Positions 45,066 to 52,249 of a stretch of 52,249 nucleotides of DNA are shown here, piece after piece; position 1 is the stretch's first letter; each line of letters begins with the position of its first letter. The stretch is from Anaerolineales bacterium UBA3001 (GTDB lineage Bacteria; Chloroflexota; Anaerolineae; Anaerolineales; UBA11657). The stretch lies in NCBI GenBank assembly GCA_002346435.1, contig DDZT01000018.1, forward strand, positions 61,853 through 114,101, read 5' to 3'. A program made the position numbers and the translations under genes. Under the pieces are notes generated by a model. It had not been told where the DNA came from, ran no database searches, and was given only the letters and a program-made list of their open reading frames with translations.

Positions 45066-46673
45066 ATGAATTACAAGCAATTGTTTATAGCTGTGAAGCG
45101 ACTGCAGCAAAAGTTTCCCACGCTTCTCGAAGAGCATAGGCCTATCATGATGTTTGTTTTAATGGTATCAGCAAGTATTGCTTGTGTACGACATGAAGTT
45201 GGCAATATGGACGATATAGATGGAAGGGTTACTCCAGTGGGAAACAATGTTGATATTCCTCGGACGTTGCCTGGGACTTATATGCCAGGTGAGGTACGTG
45301 AGATAGTTTATTCTACTGTTGTTGTTAGTGGTACACCCACTCCTGATGCCACGCGTCCTGCGCAAGTAGTGCCGACAGTAAAGAATTATGTGGTTCAATC
45401 TGGCGACACTTTGAGTGCAATAGCACGTATGTATAAGGTGTCGGTTAAAACCCTGCGAGAAGCAAACAGTTTGCCGGCAAACGACATGTTGGTGTTAGGA
45501 CAATCCTTGGAAATACCAGATAATTATCTCCCATTAGGCTCTAATCATAAACTTATTCCTGACTCTGAACTAGTCTATGGTCCAGGTCAGATAGGATTTG
45601 ATATTACAGAGTATTTGAGCAAATGGGACAGTTATTTAAATACAGTTAGTGAAACAGACCATCGTGGTATTACTCGAAATGGGGCTGAAATTGTTAAGTA
45701 TGTATCTGAGAATTACTCAGTTAATCCTCGTTTATTGATTGCTATTTTAGAGCAACAAACTGGTTGGGTGATGGGGTCCAGTGCGGGTGATGTTTCGCTA
45801 ACATATCCCTTTGGATATGTTAGATCAGGATACAAAGGACTCTTAAGACAATTGTCGTGGGTGGCTGATACTCTAAATTATGGTTTTTACGGATGGAGAG
45901 AGGATGCTTTGCAAGTACTAGATTTGATAGATGGATCGCAGTTAGCAATTGCGCCTGGTATCAATGCTGGTACAGTGGCTGTACAATTTTATTTTAGTAA
46001 GATGTACTCTGCTGATGTCTGGCCCGACATTGTTGGTGAGAGTGGCTTTGATAGACTTTATACCGAAATGTTCGGTAGTGCGTTTGGATATGCCTATGAA
46101 CCGTTATTACCTGCATATTTGGAGCAGCCGGACTTTGAATGGCCTTGGGATAGAAATGAGGTATGGTATTTTACAGGAGGACCTCATGGAGGTTGGGATT
46201 CTGGTAGTGCTTGGGCGGGGATCGATTTTGGTCCACCTGACGGTGCAAGTGGATGTCAAGTTTCTCAAGCGTGGATACGTGCTTCTGCTGATGGGCAAAT
46301 AGTACGATCATCTGAAGGTGCAGTGGTTCAGGATTTTGATGGTGATGGGTATGAGCAAACCGGCTGGAACTTATTGTATATGCACATCTATTATGCTGAC
46401 AGAGTGCCAGTCGGGAAGATTTTGAAAACTGGCGACTTAATTGGTCACCCATCATGTGAGGGGGGTTATTCTAGTGCCACACACTTGCACTTTGCAAGGA
46501 AATATAATGGGGTATGGATTGCAGCAGATGATCCGGAAGTACCATTTAATCTCGATGGTTGGACGGCTGTATCAGCGCAAAGGGAGTATGATGGATGGCT
46601 TATGAAGGATGATAAATGGATAGAAGCTTTATACTATTCTAGCAGTATAAATTCAGTAATCTTATCTCCCTGA
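45066..46673 (+). CDS. LysM-domain M23-like peptidase
   Basis: 535 aa. The LysM domain is YVVQSGDTLSAIARMYKVSVKTLREANSL...LGQSLEIP. The C-terminal motifs are PHGGWD (HxxxD) and ATHLHFA (HxH). It is divergent from the M23 operon. Confidence 0.78.
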   Translation: MNYKQLFIAVKRLQQKFPTLLEEHRPIMMFVLMVSASIACVRHEVGNMDDIDGRVTPVGNNVDIPRTLPGTYMPGEVREIVYSTVVVSGTPTPDATRPAQVVPTVKNYVVQSGDTLSAIARMYKVSVKTLREANSLPANDMLVLGQSLEIPDNYLPLGSNHKLIPDSELVYGPGQIGFDITEYLSKWDSYLNTVSETDHRGITRNGAEIVKYVSENYSVNPRLLIAILEQQTGWVMGSSAGDVSLTYPFGYVRSGYKGLLRQLSWVADTLNYGFYGWREDALQVLDLIDGSQLAIAPGINAGTVAVQFYFSKMYSADVWPDIVGESGFDRLYTEMFGSAFGYAYEPLLPAYLEQPDFEWPWDRNEVWYFTGGPHGGWDSGSAWAGIDFGPPDGASGCQVSQAWIRASADGQIVRSSEGAVVQDFDGDGYEQTGWNLLYMHIYYADRVPVGKILKTGDLIGHPSCEGGYSSATHLHFARKYNGVWIAADDPEVPFNLDGWTAVSAQREYDGWLMKDDKWIEALYYSSSINSVILSP

Positions 46674-46681
46674 TAAATATA

Positions 46682-47380
46682 ATGCGTAAATATATTCGCA
46701 AACAACCTGATGACATAAGGTTTATGTTTAACCTTGTTGCTCATCGTTATAATCTTATGAATAGCCTAATCACATTCGGATATGATAAATATTGGCGTCG
46801 TACTTTGCTAAATCAGACTAGATTGCCGAATAATGGACGTGTTTTGGATATCGGTACAGGTACAGGAGATCTTTTGTTAGAAATTGTACATGACAATACT
46901 GACATAATGTGTGTGGGCGCAGATTTTTCCGAGAACATGTTGAATGTAGCGCGTGCTCGTAGGAATGCAGATAGTGTTTGTTGGCTGGCCGCTGATTCGC
47001 TCAGTTTGTCGTTCCAAAAAAACAGTTTTGATGTAGTGATGTCGGCATTTCTCTTGCGTAATGTGGGCAATGTGACATCGGCACTAAAGGAACAATATCG
47101 TGTATTAAATAAAGGGGGAAACTTGTTGTGTTTGGATACTAGTCCATTTCGACACACATGGCTAAGATCGATGCTTAAGCCATATTTTTTTGGTGTGATT
47201 CCATTGTTAGGACAATTAATCTCTGGACATGGTGCTGCCTACAAATATCTTTCTGAATCAACGGATAAGTTCTTGTCAGCTGAGGATTTGGCAGAATTAA
47301 TGTCTAGTATTGGTTTCAGAAATGTCGGTTTTAGCAAGGTGATGTTGGGGTCGGTAGCGTTTCATTGGGGTATGAAATGA
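46682..47380 (+). CDS. ubiE: demethylmenaquinone/ubiquinone methyltransferase (UbiE/MenG family)
   Basis: 232 aa with FNLVAHRYNLMNSLITFGYDKYWRR and the SAM motif VLDIGTGTGDL. Confidence 0.82.
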   Translation: MRKYIRKQPDDIRFMFNLVAHRYNLMNSLITFGYDKYWRRTLLNQTRLPNNGRVLDIGTGTGDLLLEIVHDNTDIMCVGADFSENMLNVARARRNADSVCWLAADSLSLSFQKNSFDVVMSAFLLRNVGNVTSALKEQYRVLNKGGNLLCLDTSPFRHTWLRSMLKPYFFGVIPLLGQLISGHGAAYKYLSESTDKFLSAEDLAELMSSIGFRNVGFSKVMLGSVAFHWGMK

Positions 47381-48150
47381 ACCAGTATTCTAACCAAGCT
47401 GCTTTAAGAGGAGAGCCTTCCTATTTATGGAGAGAAGGTCAGCAGCGACGTTTGCAAATGATACTATCTGCACTACCTGTACACTCTGCTAGTCGTATCT
47501 TAGTAGATGGATGCGGATTGGGTATGTATGTGCGTGAGTTGAGTAAATATTATAAAAGTGTACATGGACTTGATATTGAAGTATCACGTTTGACATCTTC
47601 CGTTGTTGATTCAGACCTTTTGGTTGCTGGTCAGTGTGAATATTTGCCGTATTCGGATGGGTGCTTCGATTATGTTATTTCTCACGAAGTTCTAGAACAT
47701 GTTCAAGATGACAATATAGCGGCCAATGAAATTATACGTGTGTTGCGGATGCCTGACAAAGAAAACGGTGTTGGTGGAGGACGAGCTATAATTTTTGTTC
47801 CGAACCGTTGGTATCCTGTGGAAACACACGGAATTTATTGGCGAGACAAATATCATTTCGGTAATGTACCTCTTATTAATTATTTACCTAATGCTTTGCG
47901 CAATATTTTGGCACCACATGTGCGCACTTACTTGCCTTCCGAAATCAGAAGTTTGTTTAGTGAACATCAGGTAAAAATTGTTTCACATACAGTAATTTTT
48001 GGGGGATATGACAATATTGTGCGTAAATGGGGTGTGCTTGGTAGGATGATCAGATATGGACTACAGGCTCTTGAGGGCACTGTTTTACGATGGTTAGGTT
48101 TATCGCATGTGCTTGTTATAGAAAGGAAATTGCCAGAATTAGGCGACTAA
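47365..48150 (+). CDS. class I SAM-dependent methyltransferase
   Basis: 261 aa. Motif I is ILVDGCGLGMY. It also has YSDGCFDYVISHEVLEHV (Methyltransf_11-like). There is a 16-nt overlap with ubiE. Confidence 0.72.
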   Translation: MGYEMNQYSNQAALRGEPSYLWREGQQRRLQMILSALPVHSASRILVDGCGLGMYVRELSKYYKSVHGLDIEVSRLTSSVVDSDLLVAGQCEYLPYSDGCFDYVISHEVLEHVQDDNIAANEIIRVLRMPDKENGVGGGRAIIFVPNRWYPVETHGIYWRDKYHFGNVPLINYLPNALRNILAPHVRTYLPSEIRSLFSEHQVKIVSHTVIFGGYDNIVRKWGVLGRMIRYGLQALEGTVLRWLGLSHVLVIERKLPELGD

Positions 48151-48192
48151 ATATTAGAGATGGTTTTAGTTTACTAGTACTATAATCACAAA

Positions 48193-51100
48193 ATGCCTAA
48201 CGCAATACATATTGTTCGCGACAGGCGCGCACGTCGTCGTCGTGCCAAAAGTGGTCTACGTAGTATGCGGCCGTGGTTTGTTGGCTTGTTGCTAATGGCT
48301 GTAATGATTATTTTTGCGTCTATTACTGCTGGAGCCGTAATAGTGCTGGGAGTATATTCTGAGGTTGTTGTTGATTTGCCTAGTGCTGCGTCTCTGGAAT
48401 TAGCATTTCATACTTCCAGTAACCAGTTTTTTCAGACTACAAAGGTTTTTGATCGTACTGGCCAGAAGGTTTTGTACGAAGTGATTGATCCTCGTGCTGG
48501 AGATAGGCAGTGGTTAGATCTTGAGCAGATACCAGTGCGTTTCCAGACGGCTACTATATCCATAGAAGACAAAACTTTTTATCAAAATGCAGGTTACGAC
48601 CTACTTGGTATGTTAAGGGCTTTTGGTGCCAACTTAAGCAGACCAATTTGTGTATTGCGCCCTGAGGATTGTCCCGGTCTTATCCAAGGTGGGAGTACTA
48701 TTACTCAACAGTTAGTAAAAAATGTGATTATTGCTCCTGGTATGTATGCGGACACCAGTTACTCTCGTAAGTTGCGTGAAGTGCTAATTGCACGTGAAGC
48801 TACGACAAGATACAACAAAGCACAAATACTTGAGTGGTACCTAAATACTAATTTCTATGGGAATCTTGCTTATGGAATAGATGCAGCATCAAGAGTATAT
48901 TTTGGAAAGCCTGCAGTGCAACTGAGTTTGTCTGAGAGCGCATTGTTAGCCTCGATTCCGCAGTCACCAGGTCTAAATCCAATTGATGCTCCTGAATCAG
49001 CAAGGAAGCGACAGGTTTTAGTTTTAGATTCGATGTTAGAACAAGGTTATATTTCTGATGAAGATGTACGTGCAGCTCTCGCTGATGATGTTTTTGCCAG
49101 GTTGCAACCGGCAAGTAGTCGATTTAACATTGATGCTCCACATTTTGTTTTCCATGTATTAAATGAGGCTGAATCGTTATTAGGGGAGGATTTAGTCCAG
49201 CGCGGTGGTTTGCGCATCACCACTACATTAGATCTTGATTTACAGCAACAGGTAGAGTGTGTTGCTCGTACTCACGTTGACCGTCTAAGTGGTTTAGATC
49301 CAAATACAGTTGTATCAACGTCTGACAGTAGTGATTGTAAGGCGGCGGCATATTTACCGCCCATCGCTAGCAAATATGTAGGTGTTGATCGTAACGTTAG
49401 TAACGTGGCGGTTGTTGTACAAGATCCGGGAACCGGTGAGATACTATCGATGCTTGGTTCTTATGATTACTGGAATCGTGCCATAGATGGTAGTTATAAT
49501 GTAGCTACAACTGGATTGCGTCAACCTGGTTCTACAATCAAGCCTTTTACCTATCTCACTGCATTTTCACAGGGATATACTCCTGCTAGCATGGTGCTCG
49601 ATGTAAGGACAGCATTCCCATTAGATTCTGGTGTTTCATATGTGCCCGAAAATTATGATCGCTCTTTTAGTGGCCCCGTTAGCTTTCGTACAGCACTTTC
49701 TCAATCACTCAATGTACCTGCAGTAAAAGTAATGACCATGGTGGGTGTAGATAATGTACTCCGCACTGCTCATAAATTAGGGATTAATTCATTGGATGGT
49801 GATACTGACAATTATGGTCCAGCTTTAACTTTAGGTGGAGGTGAAGTCAGCTTGATGGATCTAACCTATGCTTATAGTGTGTTTGCTAATAATGGAATTA
49901 TGTCTGGTAAACCTGCGCATGAATCTCAGATTCGAACTGGTTTTCGATCTTTGGATCCTGTTGCGATTCTTAACATTAAGGACAGGGATGGTAGTGTATT
50001 GACATACTGTGGAATGGACGGCGAATCATCCTGTGAGTTTACAGGTCCTGATACCCAACCCGTACTTAGTCCTGAACTAGCTTATTTGATGAATCATGTT
50101 CTTTCTGATGAACGATCTCGCATTCCTGCTTTTGGTCATCCTAATTCTTTGGAGTTGGGACGTCCCGCTGCGGCCAAAACTGGCACAACAAACAATTATG
50201 TTGATAGCTGGACTGCAGGTTACACACCTCATTTAGTGGCTGGAGTTTGGGTAGGAAATAATGACTCCACAGGAATGCTAGAGGTTACCGGGTCTAATGG
50301 AGCCGCTCCTATTTGGAATGCCGTCATGACTTATGGCGTGCGTTCTATGAATCTTGCACCTATTGGATGGGATCGTCCTGTAGGTATTAAGGAGACTAAA
50401 GTATGTTATCCATCCGGTTTGTTACCAACTGATGACTGTCAGGATATTGTTCGCGAGGTATTTGTCATTGGAACTGAGCCGGTCTCCCTGGACGACATAT
50501 GGCAGTCGTTTAAGATTAATAGAGATACCGGTAAGTTAGCGACTGTTTATACGCCGCCAGAGTTAATTGAAGATAGAGTTTTTCAGATTCTTCCTTCAGG
50601 GGCTGCTGATTGGATTGTAAATGAGGGTATACCACAGCCGCCATACGAGTATGATACGGTTCAAGGGAATGAGCAAGCTGCAACTATGGAAGCAGCCGAA
50701 ATTGCTTTACCTCTACCATTTGATTATGTAAGAGGAAATGTTTCTATAGAAGGTTCTGCAACAGGCAATGACTTTCAATACTATCGATTACAGTATGGAC
50801 AAGGCATGAATCCAGATAAGTGGTCTCAGCTTGGAGAAGACAATTATGAAAGAGTAGATGACGGTGTTTTACAACAGTGGGATACTACTGGATTGTCTGG
50901 ACTATATACTCTACAGCTGCTACTAATACGGAATGATCAACAATTTGACATCTCTACAGTCCAGGTGACAGTAGACAATGAGCCTCCTGTTGTTAGTATA
51001 ACTGCCCCATGGGCTGGACAGGTTGTCAATATTGATGAAGAGTCGATTGTCATTCAACCAGATGTCAGCGATGATTTCTCAGTGGCTTTTGTAGAAATAT

Positions 51101-51258
51101 GGGTTGATGACAAACAAGTTGAAACTAGGACAATTGCTCCTTTTGCTACGCGTTGGAAAATAGATACATTGGGTTCACATACTATTCATATTCGTGCGGC
51201 TGACGCAGCTGGAAATGTTACTCGGAGTGAAGATGTACCTATTTTTGTTCAGCGTTAG
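48193..51258 (+). CDS. class A penicillin-binding protein (PBP1A family: GT51 transglycosylase + transpeptidase) with a long C-terminal extension
   Basis: 1021 aa with an N-terminal TM segment. The GT51 motifs are EDKTFYQNAGYD, GGSTITQQLVKN and RKLRE. The transpeptidase motifs are STIKP (SxxK), SLN (SxN) and KTGTT. About 300 aa follow, including an Ig-like segment (PPVVSITAP...HTIHIRAADAAGN). Confidence 0.93.
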   Translation: MPNAIHIVRDRRARRRRAKSGLRSMRPWFVGLLLMAVMIIFASITAGAVIVLGVYSEVVVDLPSAASLELAFHTSSNQFFQTTKVFDRTGQKVLYEVIDPRAGDRQWLDLEQIPVRFQTATISIEDKTFYQNAGYDLLGMLRAFGANLSRPICVLRPEDCPGLIQGGSTITQQLVKNVIIAPGMYADTSYSRKLREVLIAREATTRYNKAQILEWYLNTNFYGNLAYGIDAASRVYFGKPAVQLSLSESALLASIPQSPGLNPIDAPESARKRQVLVLDSMLEQGYISDEDVRAALADDVFARLQPASSRFNIDAPHFVFHVLNEAESLLGEDLVQRGGLRITTTLDLDLQQQVECVARTHVDRLSGLDPNTVVSTSDSSDCKAAAYLPPIASKYVGVDRNVSNVAVVVQDPGTGEILSMLGSYDYWNRAIDGSYNVATTGLRQPGSTIKPFTYLTAFSQGYTPASMVLDVRTAFPLDSGVSYVPENYDRSFSGPVSFRTALSQSLNVPAVKVMTMVGVDNVLRTAHKLGINSLDGDTDNYGPALTLGGGEVSLMDLTYAYSVFANNGIMSGKPAHESQIRTGFRSLDPVAILNIKDRDGSVLTYCGMDGESSCEFTGPDTQPVLSPELAYLMNHVLSDERSRIPAFGHPNSLELGRPAAAKTGTTNNYVDSWTAGYTPHLVAGVWVGNNDSTGMLEVTGSNGAAPIWNAVMTYGVRSMNLAPIGWDRPVGIKETKVCYPSGLLPTDDCQDIVREVFVIGTEPVSLDDIWQSFKINRDTGKLATVYTPPELIEDRVFQILPSGAADWIVNEGIPQPPYEYDTVQGNEQAATMEAAEIALPLPFDYVRGNVSIEGSATGNDFQYYRLQYGQGMNPDKWSQLGEDNYERVDDGVLQQWDTTGLSGLYTLQLLLIRNDQQFDISTVQVTVDNEPPVVSITAPWAGQVVNIDEESIVIQPDVSDDFSVAFVEIWVDDKQVETRTIAPFATRWKIDTLGSHTIHIRAADAAGNVTRSEDVPIFVQR

Positions 51259-51493
51259 TATCTACTCGGTCTAGATTTACCACGGTTTTTTAATACTCAA
51301 TATAGAATTGATAATGCTATTCAATAGCAATAATGTAATTTACTATTAACATTTGTTTGATTTAGGCAAAAGTTTGTGTTATGATTGCCACTATTGCTAT
51401 TGCGAATCAATTGCAATAGCTGTTTGTTCTCACAAATTGTATGATTAATGTAATAGTTATACAGTACATTAATGACAAAGTCAGAGGTGTAAG

Positions 51494-51943
51494 ATGGAAT
51501 CAAAAAATTCTCTTGAATCACGTTTAAGGGCTGCAGGTCGAAGGATGACGCCTCAGCGCAAACTTATTCTTTCTATACTAGATCAAACTGGAGATCATCT
51601 GGACGCGGAAGAGGTGTACAGAAGAGCCAAGCAACAAAATAGCAATTTGAATATTGCGACCGTGTATAGGACGCTTAGTATTCTCAAGGATATGGAATTA
51701 ATTGAGCAGCGCTATTTTGCTCGTGATCATAATGTAGAGTATTATGAATCGGTTAATAAAGGTGAGCATTACCATTTTACATGCCTTGGCTGTCGTAAGA
51801 TCATAGAAGTTGAAACCCCCAAGATTGTTCAAGTCCAAAAAGAATTTTCGGCATTAACTGGCGCGAAATTCACTCATGCTTGTGTGTGTTTTGAGGGTTA
51901 TTGTGCTAACTGTGTTAATGATGAAGAAAATTTGACATTGTGA
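51494..51943 (+). CDS. Fur-family metalloregulator (Fur/Zur/PerR type not resolvable)
   Basis: 149 aa with RMTPQRKLILSIL....HLDAEEVY...........NIATVYRTL..L. The metal sites are HYHFTCLGCRKI and ...C..C. Confidence 0.9.
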   Translation: MESKNSLESRLRAAGRRMTPQRKLILSILDQTGDHLDAEEVYRRAKQQNSNLNIATVYRTLSILKDMELIEQRYFARDHNVEYYESVNKGEHYHFTCLGCRKIIEVETPKIVQVQKEFSALTGAKFTHACVCFEGYCANCVNDEENLTL

Positions 51944-52096
51944 TTTAAGCGTTATCCACTTAGGTATTACTACATAGTCAACATATTATATATATCAATA
52001 TTGATCAGGAGAGTGTTAATGTAAATAATTATTATATTTTGTTGTTTTAATGTTGCGTTTTACCAGAAAAAAATTTTTTAGGAGGCAAATAGCTAT

Positions 52097-52249
52097 ATGT
52101 ATAAGATTGGATTTCAGAACACTGTTAGTAGTACAAAAATGATATTGTATTCATTAATAGTTTCTAGTTTGTTTGTAGCATCTTGTCAGCCCGAAGTAGT
52201 AGAGGTTGTCAAGGAGGTTCCTGTTGAAAAGGTGGTAGAGGTCGAAAAG
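52097..52249 (+). CDS. lipoprotein, N-terminal fragment (possibly a solute-binding protein); continues beyond the window
   Basis: AGGAGG at 52080-52085, 11 nt upstream of the ATG. The sequence reads MYKIGFQNTVSSTKMILYSLIVSSLFVASCQPEVVEVVKEVPVEK, with the lipobox FVASC. Confidence 0.5.
   Translation, partial: MYKIGFQNTVSSTKMILYSLIVSSLFVASCQPEVVEVVKEVPVEKVVEVEK

Noticed and set aside
51321-51521. A 66-aa minus-strand ORF in the Fur upstream region.
   Set aside because: It lies in an AT-rich intergenic region, has an Asn/Ile-rich low-complexity product, and overlaps the Fur-family gene start and the palindromic operator candidates.
1-52249. A search for CRISPR arrays, IS elements or transposases, integrases, prophage genes and rRNA.
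   Set aside because: I saw no regularly spaced direct repeats, terminal inverted repeats flanking transposase-like ORFs, recombinase motifs or rRNA-like sequence. tRNA-Asn is not flanked by an integrase or by a duplicated att-like tRNA 3' fragment.

Overview
This is a 52.2 kb, AT-rich, densely coding bacterial chromosomal segment. I saw no rRNA genes, CRISPR arrays, transposases, integrases or phage genes. Most of it is housekeeping. It encodes xseA-xseB, murJ, dnaE, a tandem pair of CNNM/CorC-type transporters, and a B. subtilis-like hrcA-grpE-dnaK-dnaJ-prmA heat-shock operon with a CIRCE operator. It also encodes a split methylmalonyl-CoA-mutase B12 subunit with meaB, prs, a very large secA, mutM and tRNA-Asn. 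Further on are a TPP-riboswitch-controlled thiamine salvage operon (thiN plus a thiBPQ-like ABC importer), polA, an EamA transporter, ubiE/menG, a class A PBP and a Fur-family regulator. The gene content (PT-rich linkers, lipoboxes, CIRCE, canonical TTGACA promoters) suggests a monoderm-type lineage, Chloroflexota- or Firmicutes-like. That taxonomic call is inference only. The best finding is a recoding event the ORF track misses. The B12-binding radical SAM gene at 14973 ends at an in-frame TGA inside the codon string Cys-TGA-Ala-Glu-Pro, and a hairpin follows 14 nt downstream. This matches the 'CUAEP/CCAEP-tail radical SAM (seleno)protein' family, so the TGA is most likely selenocysteine and the CDS extends to 16415. 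Other regions worth a second look are listed below:
- A cell-wall hydrolase island at 39.1-46.7 kb, with three M23 peptidases, an unknown lipoprotein, an AI-2E transporter and a LysM-glycosidase fusion.
- A secreted TSP3-repeat / beta-gamma-crystallin / LysM protein.
- A 1399-aa SecA with roughly 400 aa of lineage-specific insertions.
- Several unexplained palindromes and hairpins in intergenic regions.

All calls come from reading motifs by eye. No database searches were possible.
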